From NCBI GenBank assembly GCA_951406725.2, contig OX597823.1:42470001-42534000 (forward strand): a DNA stretch of 64,000 bases, written 5' to 3'. Positions 24,850 through 37,191 of the stretch are shown here, piece by piece. Made by a program: the position numbers and the translations under genes. This DNA is from Octopus vulgaris. Its lineage: Eukaryota. Position 1 is the first letter of the stretch. Each line of letters starts with the position of its first letter. The notes beneath the pieces were generated by a model. It was not told where the DNA came from and ran no database searches. It saw nothing but the letters and a program-made list of their open reading frames with translations.

Positions 24850-27660
24850 GTAAATCTATTTTTATTAACCACAAACGGTTTGCAATAACGAAACATTATG
24901 GACAGTACAAGACAAAACAAAGAATGTGTATGGGTATGTGTTGTGGTAAGAGTTTTGTGTGTAAACAAAAAAAAAAACAAGTTCAACAATATGTATTTCT
25001 CAATACTGAGGAGACGTTCGAGGGCTGCTCATGGAAAAACCCCATAAAAACCACGGGTACTCTGACTTTTGTGGCAAGTGCCTATATTTACGTTCCTTTT
25101 CTCCAACTACAGGTATATGCTCAGGGCATATACCTAACAACGCAACCTTCGTGTTTTGCGTCGAAGAATTGGTCGAGTGCCAATCTCACAGCGAGCACGT
25201 CGGTCGCAATGCCTTTCTTAAAAGCCTTGTCTAACTTCCTGGCTAGCCTTACCTCTACTCTGTTTCTTTCTACTACTAGTCATTTGCTAAACCTTATTAA
25301 TTCTATTCTAATCGCCTGCTACCATTTATAATAAATGGTGAACTACCATTTATTATTGATGATTGCCCCCATCAACGCTTAATTAGTTCACTAATCCGGT
25401 CTCTGAAATCTTTACACGCCGGCGGCGATGTGTTCAACTACTAGTAACCGGGTCCATCAATGGAGCCTAAGCCAACTGTACAGATCACGAATTTGTGGTC
25501 TGTGTAGCTGATTACTTTAAAATGTGAACAATCTATGCTCTCCTTATCTACTACTCTACAGATGCGGTTTGACTAAGTCCACACTGGCACATCAGGGAAA
25601 TCCAGTCGATACCTGTCAGACAGCTGGAATCAACTGAGCAGGTTTTGCACGCTCCTTCCCAATCTGCTAAACCCACAGAGTCCCACCTTACATCTAAAAC
25701 ACCATTCCAATCCCCCACTAACATTAAAGAGTGGGACGTTCCAAGGACAGTTTCCAGACGTCTGAAGAAATCTGGTCATCCTGCCTCTGTCAGAGCATAG
25801 ATGGCAACTAGCCTGAAAGTATGTCCTTTGCTGCCAGTCACGTCCAGCACTACCTTCTTATCTTCCGGATTCAGGAAGATCGTCCGTATTGCAAGCTCCA
25901 GATCTTTCCAAACCATCGGCGACTCCACCGCCCACTACCGGACGATTTGGAGATGCGTACACCTCATAGTCAGCGAAAATGGGTTGGAGGTCCCGTGAGA
26001 CGGAAATTCTGGTTCCACTAATAGCCACCACATCGACATTCAGTGCCCTGAGGTTGTTGAGCAGGTGACCCCGCTTCCAAGACGACTCCAGGCTACTTAC
26101 ATTCAAGCTGCCTATTCTGTACACAATCATGTTGTCAGAAAAAGAAACGGAAAGAAAAGGAAAGCTTACTTGTTTTTTTAAAGTTTTTTTTTTTTTTTGA
26201 GGGGAAGTTTGTTCGTTTCTCCTGTTGGCTTGGGGTGTTTCCAGCAGCAAGTCACCAACAATCCTCTTGGTGATATTCCCTCGAGAATCTCCGATTTCCT
26301 GTGGGAATTGCGTTTTTAAGTGTGTGTATGCGTTTTGTGTTTTGAACGATTTGTATGTGTGGATGTAGGGAGATTGTGGGTGTGAAAAATCTTCTGGTGT
26401 AATGCTTGTGTGTGTTATTATGTACTTTATCAATTCATTGTTTTCGTGCTTTTTGCCATGTAGTTTGTAATGCTAGTCTCTTTACTTTGTGTTTGTTGCT
26501 GTTGTTGTTGTTGATGTAGTTGTATGTTTGTGGCGTTGTTGGTTGAGGTAATGTTTCAAGTGTTTGTGGTAGTGGTGGCGATACAGTGTCTGTTGTGGGT
26601 GAATTTAATATTGTTGGTTTTATTTTTTCCCCCTCTCTACTGCTTGTGTAGATGAGGATTGTTGCTGTTTGTCCATAGATTTGGTTTTCTTTTTGTGAGT
26701 TTTCGTTTTTTCTTTTTTTTTGCTTTCATCATTCACTCCTTATCGCAATCATATTCTCCACATGTGATGTCCGTTTGCTCGACATCAGAAAGTAGAACAT
26801 CTTCGGGCGCTGAGAAGTGTTTGCTGGAACTCAGTGTCGCTATGGTTGGTATTGGTGCTGCCATGGCTGAATCTGCTGATGGTGATGGTGCTGTTGTCAC
26901 TCGAGTTCTGGTGTCTTTTGTTGGTGTAGAGAGGACAGGTGCCCGTCTCTTTTTATTCTTTAATCTAGAGCAGAAGGCTTTCAGATGAGTGGTAGAAAAG
27001 CAAACGTGGCACTTCACTTTCCCTCCATCTACTCTGACTGGAATAATGTTACCTCCAAGCAGATGGATCTGGTGTGGTATGAGATCCACGTTCTTTTGGG
27101 TTGTTTGGAGGTGAACTTCTATCGTCATTCCGAACTAGTTCTCCTTTTTGATTTGACAGTCTTTGAGGATTTTCAGGTTTTCCTTGATGACTATCGTTAC
27201 TGCAGCAATTAGCCAAGGAATGGCTATTTCTGGCGGCACCTGTTGTATAATGTTTTAGCCAGTCTCTGGCTACAGTAGAAGGGAACTAACAACAGCTCCT
27301 CGGTTTTGAACTGTTTCAAAGAGTGAGATTTAGCTTCCTCCTCTGTGCAGAATCTCACCTCCACCATCCTATAGCCCCTTCCTCTCTGTATATATTCCTT
27401 TAGATTCGAGACGGAACTTACAGCTTTTGGTATTTGATCTCTGTGGCTCTTTCTACCCTCCTCGATTTTAATCCGATTGTGTGATAAGTCACTGTGTAAC
27501 GTATCGTATTTTGGATAGTTTCCATGGGGATATTTAGCTTGATAGCTAACCCGTCTTTTTCGACTAAGCTGTCTGGCATTTTTTACTTCCTCTTCCTCTT
27601 CAGAGAATTTTATTCTCAGAAGAGAGTGAAGGTAAATTTATTGCTATTCCAAGCTATTGC
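24850..27660 (-). mobile_element. Tx1/L1-like non-LTR retrotransposon, internally deleted (ORF1 CCHC, APE; RT missing); 5' region may extend to ~28690
   Basis: ORF1 KCHVCFSTTHLKAFC; ORF2 start at 26130 MIVYRIGSLNV..VDVVAISGTRI, FRLVAIYA, MLVGDWNGVLD; AATAAA then (TTA)n at the 3' end. Confidence 0.85.
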
Positions 27661-28002
27661 AGCGGCTTGTTGCTCAGTTCCTTTGTCGTCCTTATTGTTG
27701 TTGTTGCTATTGCTGCTGTTGTTGTTGTAGTCACTCTTGTTATGGTGGCAGTTGTAGTTGTTGTTTTCTGCTGTTGCAGTTGTTTTTGTTGGTGGTGTCT
27801 TTAAGTTTCTCGTAGGTTTCATTAACGTGTTTTGTATTGCCTTTGTCGTTCACTTTGTCCCTGTTTGCTTTTTTTTTTCAATATTGTTTGTTGTTGTTGT
27901 AGTGGCTGTGGTGTGTGTGGGGATGGAGTTACTATTCTTGCTGTCATTCTCACCGTGTTCGCAACTTAACTTTATGCTGTTACTACTAGTGATGGTGGGG
28001 GT

Positions 28003-28230
28003 ACGAGCTGGCAGAAACGTTAGCACGCCAGGCGAAATGCTTAGCGGTATTTCGTCTGCCGCTACGTTCTGAGTTCAAATTCCGCCGAGGTCGACTTTGT
28101 TTTTCATCCTTTCGGGGTCGATAAATTAAGTACCAGTTACGCACTGGGGTCGATGTAATCGACTTAATCCGTTTGTCTGTCCTTGTTTGTCCTCTCTGTG
28201 TTTAGCCCTTTGTGGGTAGTAAAGAAATAG
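28003..28230 (+). mobile_element. Young family A tRNA SINE
   Basis: CpG-rich gagctggcagaaacgttagcacgccaggcgaaatgc...gagttcaaattccgccgaggtcgac...ggggtcgataaattaagtaccag. Confidence 0.85.
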
Positions 28231-28724
28231 GTAATGTTACCGCTGCTGATTTCTCATGCTCTTTCACAGTTCACATTGTTGTGGTTGTTGTTGTTGCTGT
28301 TGCCACTACTGCTGTCACCACTGTCACACTTCACTTCATAAGCTACAAGGTGAGCGGGCAAAGAAAGAGGAAAATGTCTTCATGTGAGGGAGAGTTGGTG
28401 GAAGAAATGGATCTCCCTCTCAATGATGCGGTGATGGCAGATGGTGACGCCTTCTTGAATGCCTGCTTGTTTTTCCCAAAATAGGTGGATATTTTATGAA
28501 GGCAAAAATGTTGCTCCTTACAGGGCAACAACAACCATAGAACCCCAGGCAAAAGGTTCCTGGTGTTCTCCTCAACAATTTTACACAAAAACTTAGAACA
28601 CAAAACAATAACAAATAGGTGAAAATAATAATTATAGCTGAGACTCACGCAGCATCTTTGAAACCATGTGTTTACACCTCCACAGCAAATATAATAATAA
28701 TAATAATTATAATAATAATAACGA

Positions 28725-28940
28725 TAGTTTCAAATTTTGCCACAAGGGCAGCAATTTTGGGGGAGGGGATGAATTGATTACATCAATCCCAGTGTTCAAT
28801 TGGTATTTATTTTATTGACCTCAAAAGGATGAAAGGCAAAGTTGACCTCGGCGGAATTTGAACTCAGAATGTAACAACGGACGAAATACTGCTAAGCCTC
28901 TTGTCCAATGTGCTAATAATTCTGCTAGCTTGCCACCTTA
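28725..28940 (-). mobile_element. Family A SINE (another decayed copy at ~29488-29668)
   Basis: aaggatgaaaggcaaagttgacctcggcggaatttgaactcagaa. Confidence 0.8.
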
Positions 28941-30244
28941 ATCATCATCATCATAATAATAATAATAATAATAATAATGATAATAAGAATAAGAATAATA
29001 ACATATGGAGGTGCACATCCATACATATAAACATAGTACATAGTTGCAAAACACACACACACAGACAAGCACACACAAGGAGACAGAGGTGCATACATAT
29101 ACAAACACACTCACACACACACATACATAAAAGATAAACAAACACGGACATGCAAGCACATGAATATGCAGAGTACATACATACAGATGCACACACATAC
29201 ATACATATATATATATGCATACACACACATATATACATACATACATACGTACATGCATGCATAGGTACACACACACATGCGCACAAACAAACAAAAAGGA
29301 ATGCAGTGTAAATAATGGACAGAGTCAAAACTATTGAAAAGGTTGCAAGAGAATAAAAATAAGAAATAAGTGAAAATTTTACTGGTGAGTGTGTTAAATA
29401 ATAAGGCACAAAAAAGAAAATGACTCTCCCCAGACAACAGAATAATAATAATAATAATGATAATAATAATAATGATAATAATAATAATTCTTTATAATTT
29501 TTGGCACAAAGCCAGCAATTCTGATGGGAGTCAGAAATCAACTGCATCAATCCTACCGTTCAACAGGTTGACTTTGTTGGTATTTAAACTCTGAAGATAA
29601 AGAACTAGAAAAAATGTCACTAAGCATTTTGCCTGGCATGCGAACAATTCTGCCAGCTTGCAGCATTAAATAGTAATAATAATAATGATGATGATAATAA
29701 TAATGACAACAACAATAATAGTAAAGATGATGATAAATAAATAAAAGAAATTAAAAAACTTCGTTAAAGATGTCCTTCAGAAAAAGTAAAACAACAACAA
29801 ACAAACCATGGTGTAAATATGAAGTGAAAGAGTTAAATTGGCATCTTTCAATTTTTGCAAAGATATTCACAGAAGAGATGCCTTACCAACAGGGGGTTCT
29901 TAAAAGAAAAGAAAAAACAACAAAACAAAAAGCAAAACAGGTCATAAGATTCCATTTACTGAGAACATTGTACTTTACCATGTCTTCATCTGACAACAGT
30001 AACAACAACAACAACTACAACAACAACAACAAACCTGAGAATGAGTAATAATAAAACTAACATTACCAACCATCAAAGATACCTCATGACAACCAGCAAA
30101 AAAAACAACAACAGCAGCAACTAAACACAACTGCAATATTAGCAAGAATTTTCAACTTTAATATATATAAATCCACTACATTAAAACTAGTGGCCTAGAA
30201 ATATTCTTTGAATATTAGAAAATTTGATTAATAGAATTCACTTA

Positions 30245-30260
30245 AATAATAATAATAAAG

Positions 30261-30323
<63 letters not shown>

Positions 30324-30382
30324 TCAACAACAATAGAAATAATAATGATAATAATAATGATAATAACGACAACAACAATGAT
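30245..30382. repeat. (AAT)n/(AAC)n microsatellite
   Basis: Directly visible. Confidence 0.95.
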
Positions 30383-31017
30383 AATTGTTACATTAAGGTC
30401 TTTCAGAAAAGAATGACTATTAATGTGATTATGTTCAGCTAATAATAGTTATAAATTAGTTAAAATGCATACAGAAAGTTTCTAGACCTAAGGGCTGTTC
30501 CTGTCATTCCTTTTAACAATCAAGAAAAGATTGAGAAATGCGATGTGGGTCGTAGGGTGGCGATGGAAGAGCATGAAAACACATATTTGCCTGAAGTGCT
30601 CGTTCTTCAATATGTATGTACAAATATACTAAATACCATATATATATATATATATATATTTGTGTATATATATATGTATATATACCTTTATATATGCACA
30701 CACATTTATGTATATATATATATATATATTTATATATGCACTCACATTTATGTATATATATATATATATATATATATGCATATGTTGGTATACATATATG
30801 TATATAGGTATGTATACACAAAACATGTGCAATATATATCTATGTGTATGTGTTTATGTGTTCAAGTATATTTAATCAGCTGTGCTGATGTAATTTTATA
30901 TTTATATAAATCTTTAACTCTTTCTATATTTTTGTCATAGTAGGCAGGGAAAGAATGAATTGGAACATGTTCAGAGACCTAGTGCCACTGCTGGCTATAA
31001 AGGCCTTCACCCTCAGG

Positions 31018-31064
<47 letters not shown>

Positions 31065-31111
31065 ATATGTATCAAATGAAATAAAATGAAAAACAGGACA
31101 CTAGGGATGTC

Positions 31112-31204
31112 GCAGTACACATGTTTCAAGCTTTATAGAACAACTTATTCTTACAACAATGCATAATCGACATAACAGATAGTTCAAAAGCCCTCTTCAG
31201 CCGC
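31112..31204 (-). ncRNA. Type I hammerhead ribozyme, core intact (left arm)
   Basis: Minus strand: gcgg-CTGAAGA-gggcttt...aaagctt-GAAA-catgtg-TA-ctgc; stems close with G-U pairs. Confidence 0.75.
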
Positions 31205-31375
31205 ATGCAATTGCTACACCAAAGACTTGTATCACATTATGAAAGATTTGATTATGAAGATTTACAAACATACTTTCCCAGTGATATTCGGTTTACCTAC
31301 TATTATAAATAATACCAAATGTTCCTTCTCAAACCTTTCATAATGTGATACAAGTCTTTGGTGTAGCAATTGCAT

Positions 31376-31468
31376 GCAGCTGAAGAGGGCTTTTGAATTA
31401 TCTGTTATGTCGATTATGCATTGATGTAAGAATAAGTTGTTCTATAAAGCTCAAAACATATGTACCGC
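31376..31468 (+). ncRNA. Type I hammerhead motif, G12 lost (right arm)
   Basis: gcag-CTGAAGA-gggcttt...aaagctc-AAAA-catatg-TA-ccgc. Confidence 0.65.
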
Positions 31469-31580
31469 AACATCCTTTGTGCCCTGCTTTTCATTTTATT
31501 TCATTTGATACATATATCCTCTCACCTATGCTACTAGCTGGCATACACAGGTGCTTACATTTATCAAGTATTCATCCTGA

Positions 31581-31629
<49 letters not shown>

Positions 31630-31852
31630 TATATATATATAGGAGTCCCACATGCACACCCATATCCTGAGATGTAACATGTGGGAGTTGAACATCCTGT
31701 TGAAATACAAGTCTGCTATTTCATTGGCACAGATGTGGCTTTGTGGTTAGGAAGCTTGCTAGTTCAGTCCTACAGACCAAAGTCTTGAGAGTGGATTTGG
31801 TAGAGAGAAAATGTTGTGTACTTACAATCATGAACACTCATGTACATACACC

Positions 31853-31979
31853 TGTATATGTGTGTGTGTGTGTGTGTGTAAAGGTGTATTTTAGGTAAAA
31901 GAAAATCTTGTAACATGTATTGAAGATTTTTTTTTACCTAAAATACACTTTACACACACACACACACACACACATATAC
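31853..31979. repeat. ~125 bp imperfect palindrome with (TG)n/(CA)n outer arms
   Basis: gtgtaaaggtgtattttaggtaaaagaaaatctt versus aagatttttttttacctaaaatacactttacac. Confidence 0.85.
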
Positions 31980-33714
31980 ATCAAATTAATAATTTTAGTA
32001 TTTGCATAAACTTATGTTATAAATCATGGAAGGTTCACAACTAAAACATAAGTGATCTTTGCTTTCTGTAATACTCACAGCTGATAACCATATTGAATGT
32101 TACAGCGTATATCATTTTTATATTAACATAGCAATTAATTTAGAATCTTATTTGTCTAAAATGCCAGAAAAGGATGTAAATATTTCATCTCATTGTAGAA
32201 AAACAGCTACATTGTTTTTCTTTTGTTTTTCTCTGAGATTATTGAAAAATCATTGGCCTTTGTTCTGCTGTCATCAATAAATGATATCAATAATTTGATA
32301 TTGTTTAATTGTTTAATAATTATGATGATATTAATTATCAAAATGATATTACTACAAGACTTATAGCGCTTGATTTCATCTTTAGCTGAATACAGTAGGG
32401 AAAGTGGCTGACATTTTTTGCTGTTAAGGCGAGATATTTAAATTAAAGGAAAGCAGCTGAATATAAAAGTACATGGCTAAGTGGTTAAATGGTTTGGTTG
32501 ATTTGCTTTGTTAAAGTTATGGGTTCAATTCCTGGATTAGGTGGGGGTGATTTTTTATTTGTTTTTAAATGAAGTAGTTCATTCAATTTTGCTCCAGTTT
32601 GTTCAGCTGGGATAAGTTTCAACCAAGTAGAAGAGATCCAGCTATCACATGCTGGATGTTCTGCTGGATCAACAGTTTGGGGTTTAAAAGGGTTTCCATG
32701 TCTGCTTGTGTCTAGATAATTATGTACAGCAATTATGAAAAGCAGTGTCACAGACAGACTTGCCTACATCAGCAACTGTTAGTCATGCTCAAAACAATCT
32801 ACTCAGTACAGCTCATTTAGGTGCAAAGTATGATCAATATTAATCAACAGAGGCCACCACATCAATGACAACCAGAGCTGTAATCACTATACTCAAAATC
32901 CACATTTATATCAATGTCCAAAGACAGATATTTCCCATAACCATAGCAAAATTTGTAATCCTTGAATAATCAAGCTGTAATTGATACCAAACTTGATATT
33001 TTATACAGTGAAGGGATTTTTATAGAAAACCAGAATCAGACCCTGGCCAACATACTCCAAGACCTTAAAAACTCCTAGTTTAACAGCACCATCTGACACC
33101 ACCATTAGATCAGAGTCCACTATATTGAAAGTATTCAGGATAGAGTACCGTTCGAGGCTAAGTCTCTCCCTTCTTTTCAATAATGTCATCAGAAACTCTG
33201 AAGAGAGCTACAGGCTCAGTAACTTCTTCTAGCTAAACCTTCAAATATAGCAGAACACAGAAGCTACAGCCACAGTAATACTTGTTTGTAATATAGGCAA
33301 AAGGCTAGAAATGTATGTGAAGGGATTTGTCAATGAAACCAAACTTCAGTACTTGAATGGAATTGGTATTTTATTTCATCAACTCTACAAAGATTAAAGG
33401 GGAAGTTGATAAGGATTTGAGCACCATATCATCATCATTATCATCACCACCACCACCACTACCACCATCAGCAACAGCAGTATTGTTTTAATGTTCATTT
33501 TTCTACGCTTGCATGGGTCAAATGGAATTTGATGAGACAATTTTTTTACAGCTGGATGATCTTCCTCTTGCAAACACTCACCTATTTCCAAGCAAAGTAA
33601 TATTTCCCCATGGCCAGACATGTTTCCATGGTAGTTTGGATATGAATGATACTATTTATATAATAGTGACTTATGTTTTACAATTTGCATGCAGTGTCAA
33701 GACAAGGAGGCACA

Positions 33715-33915
33715 AAGGCACACAGCACAACCATATACACATATATACATATATATGACTGGCTTCTTTCAGTTATCTTCTATCAAATCTATTTACAAGG
33801 CTTTGATTGGCCTGGGACTATAGTAATAGACACTTGCTTAGAAGAGTGCCACACAGTGGGATTGAACTCCAAATCATGTAGTTGAAAAGATAACTTAACC
33901 ACCACACAGCCATGC
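33715..33915 (-). mobile_element. Family B SINE 5' half
   Basis: ggcttctttcagtt...gacacttgc...gccacacagtgggattgaac...accacacagcca. Confidence 0.7.
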
Positions 33916-34046
33916 CATTACATTAAGCCATATCTACTTGATCAGGGTTGGCATGAGATTAAACATAAAAAAAACAATAATAATGATTTTTCTTATTGGT
34001 ACATGAACTCAAATTTCTGATTAAAGAGTTACACACACACACACAC

Positions 34047-34082
<36 letters not shown>

Positions 34083-34230
34083 GCGCACACACAAACACAC
34101 TTGCATGCACAAATTGTTGGATCAGGTGATGAAAGTCAACTAATTAGCCTAACTAATTAAGGACTAAGTTAGTTTAGATGAGATGCAGATGAGATGCATT
34201 TGTCTACTCACTCATATATATATATATATA

Positions 34231-34908
34231 TATTATATTAATAATTACATAAATAATTATAACAAGGGATTGGCTGAACGCCTCACCACATGCTGAAGAT
34301 AGACACCAAAGGCACTAAAATCACCTTAAAAACTCCAAAAGCACAGGGAGTAGTTGAGCAAAAGAAAGATAATAAATTAAACTTTTGGTTAATCATGTAT
34401 AAAGATCTCATTTCAGGCTAAAGGTAAAGAAATTACCTACTGCTATCATCAGTATCGATATTTCATTGTATAAATGTACAAATATCCACACATACCCATA
34501 CGAGCAGAGCCGTCACACAGCAATATACATACCCACTTGCAAAAATATATAGTAAAGGTAGAATTTACCTCTTTCTCTTCAGCCATGTGTTATATATCAA
34601 AATAATGCAGCATTGAAAATTTTCATATATTAATTATATAATAAGGATATAATCATTCATAATTTTATCAAGTCGACAGAATATTGACACTGATGATAGC
34701 AGTCAGCATTTTTTTTACCTTTAGCTTGAATTGAGATCTCATATGCAATTAACCAAAACTTTGATTTATTATATTTCATTTACTCGACTACAACTGTGGT
34801 TTGGAGTTTTTAAGGTGGTTTTACTGCCTCTGGCGTCTAGTTTCAGCATGTGGTGAGGCGCTTTGCTAATCCTTTGTTATAATTATGTATATAATTATTA
34901 ATATAATA
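34231..34908. repeat. Fold-back element: ~230 bp inverted arms (34231-34464, 34679-34908), HHR relic in each arm
   Basis: cgcctcaccacatgctgaa versus ttcagcatgtggtgaggcg; tgctatcatcagt versus actgatgatagca. HHR relic on + at 34684-34748: ttgaca-CTGATGA...GAAt-tgagatctca-TA-tgcaa. Confidence 0.85.
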
Positions 34909-35014
34909 TTTGGAAAATTTACCTATTAGGTATTTTCGTGCTGAAAATATATATGTATATATATATATATATATATGAAAAAAGGTTTGAAAATGCAATT
35001 TAAACGATGTTTAT

Positions 35015-35059
35015 TTACTTAACCGGTTTCACTCTTTGGTAAAAGATTGTCAAAAGTAA
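35015..35059 (-). ncRNA. Minimal 45 nt type I hammerhead motif, U3-A8 core variant
   Basis: Minus strand: ttactt-TTGACAA-tcttttaccaaagagt-GAAA-ccgg-TT-aagtaa, then AATAAA; lies in a ~105 bp island between (TA)n tracts. Base of stem II imperfect. Confidence 0.6.
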
Positions 35060-35075
35060 CATTGAATATTATGGG

Positions 35076-35390
<315 letters not shown>

Positions 35391-35984
35391 TCAAATTTTG
35401 GTATTTGAAGCAGTTTGATAATGTATGCATTACCAATATCACAGACTTAATGTATGTGTCAACACAATACATCCCCTAGATGACATACAGCAGCAACTTT
35501 GTAGTGTTTAAGTGTTTAATAATGCACATACATTATGTATGTAGTATTGAAAATGCTAACATTAATAAGCTGCTTCAAACAGAAAATTTGTATTTTGTTT
35601 TACTTGTGTGACACTTTTGTACACCAGAAAATAGTTTTTATGTTATTTTGTATACACATCTCTAGTTAGTTGAGGTGAGTCATTTCGGACTGGAGGAATG
35701 TGTGGCACTGAAGAACGAAAATGAATGTAAAATATTGATATCTGTTATTCTCTTTAACTTCTGAGTTGATTTTATTTCACCTGGCTTTCAGTTATGCTGT
35801 ATTTATTTTTAAGATGATACATCTTTAAAGGGATCTCCTCCGAATGAATACCACAGTTTTGCAGAGTTTACTAACACACATACATTGAGTGTGTAATATT
35901 TACTTCTTTATTACCTACAGGGGGTCAAACATGAGGGGATAAACGAGGACAAAGGTATTAAGCTGAAAGGCAAAGTTGACCTCA

Positions 35985-36480
35985 GACTTGGTCTGCTTAG
36001 AAGGTTGCTGTGTCCTAGCATATGTGTTGCTTATTTTAGTTTTCATATTTTCCAGTGGTGTTCTCTGTCTATTGTTTTAACTTCATCCCACAGGGGGAAG
36101 TGGTCTTCATTTTCCATACATGATCAGCTATACTCAATTTATCAATATCTCCTCATGTCACAGCTTTGTGGTGTTCCCCTACCCTTATTTTGAGGGGGTG
36201 GCATGTTTCACCTTTGCATAACCTATCACAGCTGCATGGGATGGAGTACATGCATTCTTTAGTCATTTTCTCTTCTATTGGTGGTTTTGCTCGACGGAGA
36301 TATTTGCGAAGTATTGTATTACTCTTGAATAATAGAAAATAAATAACAGACAGAGAACACAATTGAAAAATACGAAAAGTAAAAGAAGCAGTACATGTAC
36401 TAGGACATAATAATCTCCTAAGCAGACTGAGTGCAGATATGAGTAGCATATGGGAACTGGTATTAAGGAAGGATAGGAAA
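35985..36480 (-). mobile_element. Penelope-like element relic: GIY-YIG endonuclease fragment with inverted duplication of its 3' end
   Basis: Minus CMYSIPCSCDRLCKGETCHPLKIRVGEH..IADHVW (35985-36330); 36343-36435 is an inverted copy of 35985-36070 and continues on + as KEAVHVLGHNNLLSR..IWELVL. Confidence 0.85.
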
Positions 36481-36523
36481 ATATTAGGTTTATAAGCCCT
36501 AAAATTCACTCCATAATTGCCTA

Positions 36524-36755
36524 CAGTTATATGGTATAGTGGTTAAGAGCTCGGGCTACTAACCCCAAAATTCTGAGCCCGATTCCAGGCAGTGACCTGA
36601 ATAATAATAATAATAACATCGAAATTTTCCAAACACACCTTATAAAGGTTGGAGGGTATATCAGCCGAAATGTGTTAACAACAAACAAGATGAGGCAAAT
36701 ATCTGTCAAATGTAAATAATATACATAATTCCTCATCTCTCAAATATAGAACTGT
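36524..36755 (+). mobile_element. tRNA-like head, (AAT)n, then minimal HHR relic (36633-36676); probable PLE terminal repeat
   Basis: tggtatagtggttaagagctcgggctactaacccc...gcccgattcc; acac-cttataa-a-ggttg..cagcc-GAAA-t-gtgt with decayed core. Confidence 0.55.
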
Positions 36756-36790
36756 ATATATATATATATATATATATGTTGTATATATGT

Positions 36791-37120
36791 GAAGGCACAT
36801 AGCTTAGTGGTTAGGGTGTCGGCACTACAATCATGAGGTAGTGTGTTTGATTCCCACACCAGATTGTGTGTTGTGTTCTTGAGTAAGAAACTTTATTTCA
36901 CGTTGCTCCAGTTCACCCAGCTGTAGAAATGAATTGCAAAATCACTAGTGCTAAGCTGTATTGGCCTTTGCCTTTCTCCTGTATGACATTGGTGGCATAG
37001 AGAGGGGAGGCTGGTATGAAAGGGCGACTGCTGGTCTTCAATAAACAACCTAACCTGGAGGGTAACTTTCTTTTCGGGTGCAATCCCATGGTCATTCATG
37101 AGCAAATGGGGTCTTTACTC
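36791..37120 (+). mobile_element. CORE-like tRNA SINE (family D-related)
   Basis: tagcttagtggttagggtgtcgg (A box), gtttgattccc (B box), gttcttgagtaagaaactttatttcacgttgctccagttcac. Confidence 0.75.
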
Positions 37121-37191
37121 TTTATATATGTATATATTTTATCTTTTACATGTTTCACTCAGTAAACTGCAGCCATGTTGGGGCACCACCT

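Larger units (their letters stand above)
31063..31517. repeat. Fold-back element: 189 bp inverted arms (31063-31251, 31329-31517), 77 bp spacer, one HHR per arm
   Basis: atatatgtatcaaatgaaataaaatgaaa...gaaagatttga versus tcaaacctttc...tttcattttatttcatttgatacatatat; (TA)n adjacent on the left and nearby on the right. Confidence 0.92.

Noticed and set aside
33001-33240. Possible LINE RT fragment
   Set aside because: No motif I could identify with confidence on either strand.
35685-35745. CTGAAGA...gaaa, or a short exon (LEECVALKNENE)
   Set aside because: No stem I or II complementarity and no convincing splice-site pair.
36530-36597. Functional tRNA gene
   Set aside because: B box and acceptor stem are degenerate; treated as a tRNA-derived module. 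The same applies to the SINE heads.
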